Shown in pieces: positions 33,465-41,382 of a stretch of 46,065 bases of DNA. The notes below the pieces were generated by a model. It had not been told where the DNA came from, did not search any database, and was given only the letters and a program-made list of their open reading frames with translations. The translations under genes were made by a program, and so were the position numbers. Positions within the stretch are counted from its first letter, which is position 1. Every line of letters starts with the position of its first letter. Source of the DNA: Patescibacteria group bacterium. Its GTDB lineage: Bacteria > Patescibacteriota > Doudnabacteria > UBA920. The stretch spans positions 1-46,065 of the forward strand of contig DASPKA010000026.1 in NCBI GenBank assembly GCA_035628335.1. The letters run 5' to 3'.

Positions 33465-34944
33465 AAATTATTCGAAGAGAATCGTTGCTTTTGGCAGATA
33501 TTACAATGAGGTCATCAATATAGTCTAGGCCGGTTGTTTCTTGTGAAAAATTAAAAGAACTGTACTGTACCATGGTACTAGGATTTGCAACTCCCCAGAC
33601 TTGGAATTCCTGGTTTGGGTCATTTGTGCCGACAAACAGTAAGTCTCTGAGTACAAGAATATTCGTTATACCGTTTTGAGTACCTAAATTTGTTTGTGCG
33701 GTTCCTAGCAGGGTAGGGGATGTAGGATTAGTAATATCGTACGCATAGATCTCGGGATTCGTATTATGTCCATCCCGTCCAAAAAACATCTTATTTCCAG
33801 ATAATGATATAGCATTAACAGGTTCATTACCAACAAGGTTTAGGCTGGTAAGAGTAGTTATGTTGCTCGTATTAGTGACGTCTAGAATCCGCAGTTCTGG
33901 GTCGCTTCCTGTACTTGAAAGGCCCAGGTATGCAATGGTTCGTGTGCCTCCACTGATTAACTCGTTTCTGATTTCTATATCCCGCACATCTTGGTTAACG
34001 GAAATTTTTCCAAGCAATGTTGGGTTTGAGGGAGTACTAACGTCATATATCTGAAATTCATCCCCGTTTGTTGCTCGTGTGCCAATATATACTCGATTGT
34101 TATAGAATGTGATCGACTGCCCTTCGGGGTCCGGATTTCCTATTCCTTCAAGTTTTTTCTCTGCTACCACTACAGGGCTTGCCGGGTTTGTGACATCTAT
34201 TATTTGTAATTGTTTGTTTTCATCCTCTTGTGCTGCAAAGATATAGTAGTTGTCACCGACTTTTGCGGCGTCGAGCGCATTGACCCCACTGCCCGTATCT
34301 ATTGAATTCACCAGCGTGGGATTATTTAGTTGGGTAAAATCAAAGATCCATAAATCAGGGCTTGAGGAAGTGCTATGTACAGACGAAAGAAAAATATACC
34401 TGACGCCGTTTACCCGCTGTAAGTCCAAGTCTGTGCCATTATTGCCACCAGGGGAAATATCTATAGAGTCATAGGTGCCTGGATTAAGCCAGGTGTTTGG
34501 AAACCCGATTCTACAATCACCGCCGAAGCGGAATGCTTCAGGTGGATTGCTGATATAAGTTTCCAGCTTTGTCGTTTGAGGCCGATTATTGCGGTTCCAG
34601 GTAACTTGCGAGGAAACGTGCTTGAGGCAGTCAAAGTTTTCTACGGAGAGCTGTGAACTATATATACCGTTTGTCGTAGAGGTAGCAGTGATCGACTCGA
34701 AGTTTGTTTTTGCTGTTTTGCGTGCATTTTCAAGCTGAAGTATTGCCATTTGCAACGCTTCGTCGTTGGTATAGCTGTCAACAGTAAGAGATTGGCTGCC
34801 AAATCCCAAAATAGTAAGGGATGTTAAACTGACGACCAGCAGGCTTAATGCAACCAACATTTCAACTGTAATAAAACCCATTTTATTACCACGAAATCGC
34901 GCCTTCGCTTGATATTGAAATTGTTCCGGTTTTTCCATGGTCAT
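33439..34944 (-). CDS. Pilin-like protein fused to an LVIVD-repeat beta-propeller (candidate tip adhesin)
   Basis: N-terminus KMG|FITVEMLVALSLLVVSL. There are at least six spaced repeats of the type xxLxIxDVTNPxxPxLL: IIDVTNPASPVVV, IYDVSTPSNPTLLG, ILDVTNTSNITTL, AYDITNPTSPTLLG, VWGVANPSTMVQY and IFDFTQLNNPTLV. Confidence 0.65.
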   Translation of the reverse strand: MTMEKPEQFQYQAKARFRGNKMGFITVEMLVALSLLVVSLTSLTILGFGSQSLTVDSYTNDEALQMAILQLENARKTAKTNFESITATSTTNGIYSSQLSVENFDCLKHVSSQVTWNRNNRPQTTKLETYISNPPEAFRFGGDCRIGFPNTWLNPGTYDSIDISPGGNNGTDLDLQRVNGVRYIFLSSVHSTSSSPDLWIFDFTQLNNPTLVNSIDTGSGVNALDAAKVGDNYYIFAAQEDENKQLQIIDVTNPASPVVVAEKKLEGIGNPDPEGQSITFYNNRVYIGTRATNGDEFQIYDVSTPSNPTLLGKISVNQDVRDIEIRNELISGGTRTIAYLGLSSTGSDPELRILDVTNTSNITTLTSLNLVGNEPVNAISLSGNKMFFGRDGHNTNPEIYAYDITNPTSPTLLGTAQTNLGTQNGITNILVLRDLLFVGTNDPNQEFQVWGVANPSTMVQYSSFNFSQETTGLDYIDDLIVISAKSNDSLRIIYDQDNPPQ

Positions 34945-35347
34945 TAGTTATGGTGAAATTTACCGCCGTTGTGTCTGCTGATAATTGCGTAAACACCACG
35001 TCATAAGGGAAAGTGATACCTGCCAGTCTTACTCCGCCTTCGAACGCGAAAACCTGATTCGTGCTTGTTCCGGTCGTGTATGGAAACCTGAATAAGGTGA
35101 TTTGATTGGCTTCTAAGCGTACCCCATGTTTGCTTTCAGCTATATTGCTCAAGGAGTTTTGCCGTGCGGTGACAAGGACGCTTCGCAGCACTTCTCTTGA
35201 AGTGCGGAACTGATAGCCCCTAAAAGAGGAAGTGCCTATGATTAAAGTCAGAGAAGTAATAGCCGTCAATAAAGCTATAACCATGATAACTTCAAAGTAT
35301 GTTATCCCGGCTTGGTTACTGTGGGGTAATATGCTGGGTGACTTCAT
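34886..35347 (-). CDS. GspH/FimT-like minor pilin
   Basis: SNQAG|ITYFEVIMVIALLTAITSL has Glu+5. The following segment (LRSVLVTARQNS...GVRLEANQITLF) is GspH-like. The track start at 35374 overlaps pilC further. Confidence 0.55.
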   Translation of the reverse strand: MKSPSILPHSNQAGITYFEVIMVIALLTAITSLTLIIGTSSFRGYQFRTSREVLRSVLVTARQNSLSNIAESKHGVRLEANQITLFRFPYTTGTSTNQVFAFEGGVRLAGITFPYDVVFTQLSADTTAVNFTITNDHGKTGTISISSEGAISW

Positions 35348-36416
35348 AGATAGGCGTAATGATAGCAATTGCAATAAAACCTACAAGCAAACCCATGACA
35401 ATCATAAGAGCAGGTTCAAGTATGGTAGATAAGTTTTGGGACTTGTCATCCACCTCGTTTTCATATAACTCAGCTAGAAAGGTGAAAGACTGACCTAAAT
35501 TTCCGGTGCCTTCACCTACACTGATCATTTGGGTTAAGATGTCTGGAAAAAGAAAACGGTCTTTTTCCATGAGCTTTGAGGTTCGCTCTCCGGTTGTTAC
35601 CATTTTTTTTATTTTAAGCACTTCTTCTTTATATGCCAGGTTTGGGGTGGTTTGGGCGGTAATCTCCGCCGCTTCTTCAATATGGACTCCGCTTTTTAGT
35701 AATAGGCCGAGAGTCCTACAGAAGTTTGCTAAATTATAGCTGCGAATCATTCCACCTATGGCTGGTGTGCGCATGATCCAGCGGTCGACTTTTGCTTTTA
35801 TAAATTTGACGCGTAATAGGAGCGATCCGCTGAGCAGGGCAAGTCCGGCTGCACCAATAATAGCCCACCAATAATTCAGAGCGGAGTTGCTAATAAAAAT
35901 CAAGAATTTTGTTGACCAGGGTAGGTCAAACTTTAGATTACTAAAAATAGGAAGAACTTTTGGGAATACATAGAGTGTAAGTACACCCGTAATGCCGAAC
36001 GTTGCTATCATGATGACGACCGGATATATGAGCGCCCCGCGAACTTTACGCCGCAACTTTTGTCTTTTTTTTAGCTCGTCACCTAAATATAATAAGTTTT
36101 TTTCCAATCCACCCGTGGTGTCTGCTATCTTGATGACATTAATGACAAAGTCTCCAAAAATTTTTCTAAACTCTTCTATAGACTTGGAGAGAGAAACTCC
36201 GTTTTCAATTTGTGAAGCAATGCGTTCTATAATATATTTTGTGTTGTTAGAAAGCGCTTGCTTTTCAATAAGCTTCAAGCTCTGCAGTACCGGAATGCCA
36301 GACTTAATCATAAGTGAGAGCTGGGTGAGGAATAAAATTTGCTCATCCAGCGACAAGTGTAGCATGAAAGGTTTTTTTGGGATTTTTGGTTTTGTTATTT
36401 GAGCGGTGCTATTCAT
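35316..36416 (-). CDS. pilC: PilC/GspF-family platform protein
   Basis: Two T2SSF repeats (LIKSGIPVLQSL..., LLKSGVHIEEA...) and three TM segments. Confidence 0.85.
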   Translation of the reverse strand: MNSTAQITKPKIPKKPFMLHLSLDEQILFLTQLSLMIKSGIPVLQSLKLIEKQALSNNTKYIIERIASQIENGVSLSKSIEEFRKIFGDFVINVIKIADTTGGLEKNLLYLGDELKKRQKLRRKVRGALIYPVVIMIATFGITGVLTLYVFPKVLPIFSNLKFDLPWSTKFLIFISNSALNYWWAIIGAAGLALLSGSLLLRVKFIKAKVDRWIMRTPAIGGMIRSYNLANFCRTLGLLLKSGVHIEEAAEITAQTTPNLAYKEEVLKIKKMVTTGERTSKLMEKDRFLFPDILTQMISVGEGTGNLGQSFTFLAELYENEVDDKSQNLSTILEPALMIVMGLLVGFIAIAIITPIYEVTQHITPQ

Positions 36417-37779
36417 ACATTACACGCAAAATTTCTTCAATGGACGTGATGCCAGCGCGGGCTTTCTCAACTCCGTCATAGAGCATAGGTACCATGCCTT
36501 GCGCCACTGCTACTTCTTTAATGTTAGCCGCCGAGGCACGGTTAAGTACAGCTTCCCTGACTTTTTCATCCATAAGCAGGACTTCGTAAATTCCCAAACG
36601 TCCTTTATAGCCTGTTTTGCTGCAAGCTTCACAGCCTTCACCGGCATAAAAGATTTCGTCTGCTTTAATCCCTGCATCTGGCATTGCTTGCTGTAGGGCT
36701 TGAACTTCAGCGTCAGTGAGCTTGTGTTCTACTTTGCAAGACGGGCATAGTTTCCTGACAAGACGTTGGCCAATGGCAATATTTACCGTGGATGCAATAA
36801 GGTAGGGTTCAATGTTAAGGTCGAGCAAACGAGGTAACGTGGTTGCTGCGTCATTAGTGTGGATAGTAGAAAGTAAAAGGTGGCCTGTCAGTGCGGTGTT
36901 CACTGCAATGCCCGCTGTTTCTTTGTCCCGAATCTCGCCTACCATAATAATGTTCGGATCCTGTCTGAGCAGGGACTTAAGACCATTAGCAAAGGTTAAG
37001 TCTGTTTGTGGGTTAATCTGTATTTGCTCTATTCCAGCAATCGTGTATTCTACCGGATCTTCAAGTGTAACAATTGAAACTTCGCTTGTATTTAAGAGTT
37101 TTAAGATAGTATAGAGTGTTGTAGTCTTTCCACTACCGGTTGGTCCTGTGGCCAGGATCATCCCATATGGGCGTTTGATTGCTTTAAGTATTCTGTTTTC
37201 GTTAAGCTCACTTAAGCCCAAGGCTTTTAGTTCGTATTTACCTTCGTCATTGGTGAGAAGCCTTAGTACCGCGTTTTCACCATAGTAAGTAGGGGCTATG
37301 GACACACGGATGTCTATAGGCTTTCCGCCAGCCTCAAAGCGAAATCCACCATCTTGGGCAGCTTGATGCTCGTCAATGCGTAAACCAGAGAGAATCTTAA
37401 TGCGACTGATTATTTCCGTATAGCGGTCCTTGGGAAAACGAAACATATCTTGCATGATGCCATCTATGCGATACCGGATACGTGCGTCATCATGGGTCGG
37501 GTCAATGTGTATATCAGATGCGCGAAGGTAAAACGCTTCGTCTAAGAGTTTGTTTACAATTTCAATAACTTGAATTGATTTCCCTTCAGTAAAAGATTTC
37601 AGTATTTCTTGGTCTTCCGCAATCTTTGTTTGGGCATCCCCTATGTCAGTTGCCTTTTCTAAGACAACTTTTTCAGCTGTCGGCTCTACTCTCTCAGAGG
37701 TTGTATCAATTTCTGCCTTAGCTTTTTTTGGGATCTTAGTTTTAGCTTTCTTAGTATTAGCTTCTTTTTCTTTAGGCAT
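36409..37779 (-). CDS. pilB: PilB/GspE-family assembly ATPase
   Basis: Walker A GPTGSGKTTTL, MVGEIRDKETA, TGHLLLSTIHTN and the tetracysteine CPSC...CEAC motif. Confidence 0.9.
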   Translation of the reverse strand: MPKEKEANTKKAKTKIPKKAKAEIDTTSERVEPTAEKVVLEKATDIGDAQTKIAEDQEILKSFTEGKSIQVIEIVNKLLDEAFYLRASDIHIDPTHDDARIRYRIDGIMQDMFRFPKDRYTEIISRIKILSGLRIDEHQAAQDGGFRFEAGGKPIDIRVSIAPTYYGENAVLRLLTNDEGKYELKALGLSELNENRILKAIKRPYGMILATGPTGSGKTTTLYTILKLLNTSEVSIVTLEDPVEYTIAGIEQIQINPQTDLTFANGLKSLLRQDPNIIMVGEIRDKETAGIAVNTALTGHLLLSTIHTNDAATTLPRLLDLNIEPYLIASTVNIAIGQRLVRKLCPSCKVEHKLTDAEVQALQQAMPDAGIKADEIFYAGEGCEACSKTGYKGRLGIYEVLLMDEKVREAVLNRASAANIKEVAVAQGMVPMLYDGVEKARAGITSIEEILRVMYE

Positions 37780-37853
37780 ATAGCGTTATTATATCACGCA
37801 TTGCATCAAAGAGTGTTATTAGACAAATCGCTTAAATATGGTCCCCATTACCG

Positions 37854-38891
37854 TTACACTATCTCCCAGTTGGGATCAGCTTTTACATTTAAAGGACTGA
37901 CTCCTTTTGAGCCATTTCGCAAGTTGAAGTATGCGGCCATTGCTATCATTTCAGCATTGTCAGTGCACAAGGAATGTGGGGGCTTTAAGAATTTAAGTCC
38001 TTCTTCGGCGCATTTTGCAGCAAGTGTTTCTCGTAGCATTTTGTTTGCAGAAACTCCACCGCCCAGTGCGATAGTTTTTACTTTGTACTTTTTTGCTGCT
38101 TGAAAAGTTTTAGTGCTGAGTACACCGATAGCAGTATTTTGGAAACCGGCACAAATATCTGCAGTATCTTGCTCGGTGAGGATTTTATACTCTTTTTGAA
38201 GTAGTTGTCTCACTGCAGTCTTAAGACCAGAGAAAGAAAAATTAAAATCCCCAGAGTGCAGCATGGGCTGGGTAAAGAGTATTTCCTTTTTTGCGTGTGC
38301 AGCAATTTTAGAAACTTCAGGGCCCCCAGGGTAGGGAAGTCCAAGCATTTTCCCTACCTTGTCGAAAGCCTCCCCTACTGCATCGTCTACTGTTTGGCCA
38401 ATAACCTTGTATTTGTTTTCCGCTGTCATAAGCACAAGCATGGTATGACCCCCGCTTACAATAAGCGAGAGTAAGGGGAAAGCAGTTTTGCCGTTTTGGA
38501 AGGCCGAGTACAAATGCCCTTCCATGTGGTTTGTGGGGAGAAGGAGTTTCTTAGTCGCATACGCAAGCCCCTTAGCGTATTCCACGCCCACAATGAGAGA
38601 AGGTATAAGGCCTGGCCCGGAAGTTACCGCAATGTAGTCAAGGTCGTTGAGTTTTTTGTTGGCGACTTTCAAAGCTTCTGCGACAACAGGACCAATATTC
38701 TCTATATGATTACGCGCAGCCATTTCCGGAACTACACCCCCATACTGGGCATGTATCTGTGCCTGAGAATTAATAATAGTAGAAAAAGATTTGAAGTTTG
38801 GGTCTACTGTATCCATCCTTCCTGCCAGAACGCTTGCCGCTGTTTCGTCACAGCTAGATTCAATACCTAAAATTACAACTTGTTTTTTCAT
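37854..38891 (-). CDS. tsaD: tRNA N6-adenosine threonylcarbamoyltransferase
   Basis: MKKQVVILGIESSCDETAASV N-terminus and the SGGHT and GGVSAN motifs. Start moved to Met16 of the track ORF. Confidence 0.9.
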   Translation of the reverse strand: MKKQVVILGIESSCDETAASVLAGRMDTVDPNFKSFSTIINSQAQIHAQYGGVVPEMAARNHIENIGPVVAEALKVANKKLNDLDYIAVTSGPGLIPSLIVGVEYAKGLAYATKKLLLPTNHMEGHLYSAFQNGKTAFPLLSLIVSGGHTMLVLMTAENKYKVIGQTVDDAVGEAFDKVGKMLGLPYPGGPEVSKIAAHAKKEILFTQPMLHSGDFNFSFSGLKTAVRQLLQKEYKILTEQDTADICAGFQNTAIGVLSTKTFQAAKKYKVKTIALGGGVSANKMLRETLAAKCAEEGLKFLKPPHSLCTDNAEMIAMAAYFNLRNGSKGVSPLNVKADPNWEIV

Positions 38892-38949
38892 TATATGATG
38901 TGTAAAGTAAAGAATATCATAACATAATCTTACCAAAAAAGGAGGTGCT

Positions 38950-39471
38950 ATGTGGTATATCCCTCAGGTGGGTGAATTCGTAATGCGGGTAGATGAACAT
39001 ATGGGCATGGGCGAATTTACCTGAGCCAAAGGTTCGTGGGGCCAGGTGGTCCGCAAGAATGGATCTGTGGCATTTATTAAACTGGCATGCTTTTGCATGA
39101 CAGATATTGACGGAAGGCGTCCGTGCGAGGAACCTGACGCTACAAACGAGCGCGAATGGGATGGAGCTGAATGTATTCAGCTTGAACCTGATTGGGTTGA
39201 AGTAGAAATGCGGAAGCATAAAGCACGTTGGCCAAAAAAAGTCAGGGGCAGAGATACCAGCTTTACAATTGAGTTGATGTGCAAATGTAAAATATATTTG
39301 CCATTTACTTGTTGGCTTTTTCCGCAGGGCGTCATGTATCTGATTCCTTTTCACAGTGGATGCTCATGGTCGGGCGCGGGGTTGCACAATAAAGAATATT
39401 TGCAAATAATGAAGCTAATTTTAAGGGCTATCCCGCGTCAAGAAAGTGACAATTTGCCAAAGGTAGAGTAA
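38950..39471 (+). pseudogene. Unknown Cys/Trp-rich ORF with a strong SD, interrupted by one in-frame TGA (39022-39024); coding status uncertain
   Basis: AAGGAGGTG lies 4 nt before ATG 38950. After 24 codons there is a TGA, and the same frame then stays open for 149 more codons (track ORF 39046-39471, GTG start, no SD). The opposite strand is also open across the region. Confidence 0.3.
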
Positions 39472-39493
39472 ACATTTTCTCTGCCTTTTTCTT

Positions 39494-39523
39494 TTGCAAA
39501 TTTTTTTTAATATATGATATAAT
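39494..39523 (+). promoter_or_regulatory. Near-consensus promoter TTGCAA, 18 nt spacer, TGaTATAAT
   Basis: Read directly, about 90 nt upstream of the KH-protein gene. Confidence 0.55.
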
Positions 39524-39530
39524 TGTAAAC

Positions 39531-39594
39531 GGATAGGGGGCTTTTCCCGAGGCTGCCTCGGGACTCGGGTCGAAAGCCGTACTTCTGTCTATCT
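39531..39594 (+). promoter_or_regulatory. Structured 5' leader with nested helices and a duplicated CTCGGG that allows alternative pairing
   Basis: Helices are GGATAG/CTATCT, GGCTTT/AAAGCC and CCCGAGG-ctg-CCTCGGG. A second CTCGGG at 39564-39569 could replace the first partner. Confidence 0.4.
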
Positions 39595-39612
39595 GAAAGT
39601 TTAGTATTACGT

Positions 39613-39957
39613 ATGTCAATGGAAATGGACGAACAGTTCGTTGAATACATTGTGAAGGCTCTGGTTGACCATCCTGACGATGTAAAGACCGAACGCAAAG
39701 TTGATGAGATGGGTGTGTTAATCACTCTCCACATCAACCCAGCTGACATGGGTCAGGTCATTGGCCGTCAAGGTCAGACCGCTAAAGCAATCCGCACACT
39801 TCTTCGTGTTGTTGGCGCTAAGCACAAAGCCCGTGTTAACCTGAAGATCCATGAACCAGAAGGTTCTCACCGTTCCTTTGCTCCTCGTAGTGACGCCTCA
39901 TCAGGCAGTGCGACTAGCAGCATCAGCGACGATGGTATGGATGACTTCAAGCTCTAA
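39613..39957 (+). CDS. KH-domain RNA-binding protein (YlqC/UPF0109-like) with a Ser-rich C-terminal tail
   Basis: FVEYIVKALVDHPDDV...MGQVIGRQGQTAKAIRTLL (GxxG KH motif). It sits upstream of trmD, as in rpsP-ylqC-rimM-trmD clusters. Confidence 0.8.
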   Translation: MSMEMDEQFVEYIVKALVDHPDDVKTERKVDEMGVLITLHINPADMGQVIGRQGQTAKAIRTLLRVVGAKHKARVNLKIHEPEGSHRSFAPRSDASSGSATSSISDDGMDDFKL

Positions 39958-39983
39958 CTATCCGCTAGTTTTAGAGATAAACC

Positions 39984-40030
39984 AAACTCCGCAATCTTCT
40001 CCGCCCGGATGGGCGGAGGTTGCGGAGTTT
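39984..40030 (+). terminator. Long GC-rich compound hairpin (11 bp plus 8 bp stems) between the KH gene and trmD
   Basis: aaactccgcaa tctt ctccgccc ggat gggcggag g ttgcggagttt, followed by gtgttt. It is a terminator, attenuator or processing site. Confidence 0.55.
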
Positions 40031-40042
40031 GTGTTTAAACTT

Positions 40043-40747
40043 ATGAAAAAAATTTCGATTAAAATCATTACACTGTTTCCGGGCTTCACTGACCACTATG
40101 CGACCTTTGGCATTATCGCTCGGGCTGTGAAGAATAAGATTGTAAAGTTTGCCTCAGTGGACTTAAGGCCTTTTGGTGTAGATGCACGAAAAACCGTAGA
40201 TGACCGGCCATATGGTGGTGGGGTAGGTATGGTGCTTCGCCCGGATATTGTTTATAAAGCTATTATGCGAAGCAAGTCGAAAGTCGAAAGTCGAAAGTCG
40301 AAAGTAATACTGCTTACCCCACAAGGGAAAACTTTTTCTCAAAAGCTCGCACAGGAGCTGGCTGAGCAAGAGGAGCTGGTGTTTGTGTGTGGTAGGTACG
40401 AGGGATTTGATGAACGCATTCGCAAGTTTGTGGATATAGAAATTTCCATCGGTGATTATGTCCTTATGGGTGGGGAGCTTCCTGCGTTGGTTATTTCTGA
40501 AGCTGTGTTGCGTTTAGTTCCTGGTGTGCTTGGTAAAGATCACTCGGCAGACAAAGAAAGTTTTTCAGAACAGATGCTTGAGTATCCGCAATATACAAAG
40601 CCGGAAGTATGGGAGGTTGGTGGGAAACGGCTTAGGGTCCCGAAAGTTCTGCTCAGTGGTAATCACGCAAGAATAGATGCATGGAGAGCAGCCGAAGCCC
40701 GGAAGCGGACTAAAAAAAGACGACCAGACTTGTTAGATGCTATATAA
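40043..40747 (+). CDS. trmD: tRNA (guanine37-N1)-methyltransferase
   Basis: IITLFPGF, VDDRPYGGGVGMVL, CGRYEGFDERI and GDYVLMGGELPA motifs. Start moved to MKKISIKI (the track ORF begins at 39851). Confidence 0.92.
   Translation: MKKISIKIITLFPGFTDHYATFGIIARAVKNKIVKFASVDLRPFGVDARKTVDDRPYGGGVGMVLRPDIVYKAIMRSKSKVESRKSKVILLTPQGKTFSQKLAQELAEQEELVFVCGRYEGFDERIRKFVDIEISIGDYVLMGGELPALVISEAVLRLVPGVLGKDHSADKESFSEQMLEYPQYTKPEVWEVGGKRLRVPKVLLSGNHARIDAWRAAEARKRTKKRRPDLLDAI
40274..40306 (+). repeat. Tandem heptanucleotide repeat (AAGTCGA x4 plus a partial copy) inside trmD
   Basis: Read directly. It encodes SKSKVESRKSKV in a variable loop of TrmD. Confidence 0.9.
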
Positions 40748-40773
40748 TTGAAGTACGAATTAATTTATATTCT

Positions 40774-41178
40774 ATGGCTAAGCTAGAAGGTTTTAAAAAA
40801 TTTATTTTGCGCGGTAACGCTATTGACCTCGCAGTTGGTGTGGTTATAGGCGCTGCGTTTACAGACGTAGTTAATTCCATTGTAAAGGGTTTTTTAACTC
40901 CGCTTATTGGAGTCATTGCAAAACCGGACTTTTCTGGCTGGAAGATTGCATTGAGAGGCAATGAGTTTTTAATCGGTGGGATTATAAATTCATTGATAGG
41001 TTTTGTTTTAGTAGCTGCTGCCGTTTACTTCTTTGTTGTTACACCAATGAATAAGCTCATGACAAGACTTAAGAAGGATGATTCCGCCGCTGCAGTAATA
41101 AAAGAGTGTAGCGAGTGTTTGAGTAAGATTCCAGCTGGGGCAGCGCGGTGTGCGTTCTGTACCATAAAGCTTAACTAG
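40774..41178 (+). CDS. mscL: Large-conductance mechanosensitive channel with a C-terminal CxxC...CxxC zinc-ribbon tail
   Basis: FKKFILRGNAIDLAVGVVIGAAF signature and two TM helices. C-terminal tail is CSECLSKIPAGAARCAFC. Confidence 0.88.
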   Translation: MAKLEGFKKFILRGNAIDLAVGVVIGAAFTDVVNSIVKGFLTPLIGVIAKPDFSGWKIALRGNEFLIGGIINSLIGFVLVAAAVYFFVVTPMNKLMTRLKKDDSAAAVIKECSECLSKIPAGAARCAFCTIKLN

Positions 41179-41184
41179 TTTTCA

Positions 41185-41212
41185 AAAAACCCTGTCAGAT
41201 GACAGGGTTTTT
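41185..41212 (+). terminator. Intrinsic terminator ccctgtc agat gacaggg ttttt
   Basis: Hairpin plus T-run 7 nt after the mscL stop. Confidence 0.8.
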
Positions 41213-41382
41213 GATTAAAATTTTTTCGTAGCCTACAGTTCGGGGAATAATTTTTATAGACAAAATATTTGAGATTATCTGAAATGAAACATAGAACGTG
41301 CTTGAGAAAAGTCCGAGGTTTACCGACTTGGAAGGTGTATCAAACATTATAGAATTTTCATTAATAATGCTAAAATTATACC

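Noticed and set aside
39022-39024. UGA reassignment (code 4/25, as in some candidate phyla) or selenocysteine as the explanation for the in-frame TGA.
   Set aside because: Several well-supported genes in the window terminate at TGA at the expected length (e.g. 1131-1706, tadA at 14732-14734, 11162-12169). No other gene needs TGA read-through. No SECIS-like hairpin follows the codon.
38917-39354. The 145-aa minus-strand ORF opposite the interrupted plus-strand ORF.
   Set aside because: It has no SD, and its 3' end would overlap the tsaD upstream region. The translation is rich in F/H/C and looks random.
38950-39600. RNase P RNA, tmRNA or SRP RNA in the gene-poor tsaD-to-KH interval.
   Set aside because: I looked on both strands for GGAAAGUCCGG / ACAGAAnCCGGCUUA (RNase P), a tRNA-like GGUUCGAnUCC...CCA end (tmRNA) and the GGAA/AGCA domain IV motifs (SRP). 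Only a weak GGAAGGCGTCCGTGC resemblance was seen, so no call can be made without a covariance-model scan.
39851-40042. A 64-codon upstream extension of trmD that overlaps the KH-protein gene.
   Set aside because: The TrmD core begins at MKKISIKIITLFPGF (40043). The extension overlaps the KH gene tail and runs through the large intergenic hairpin.
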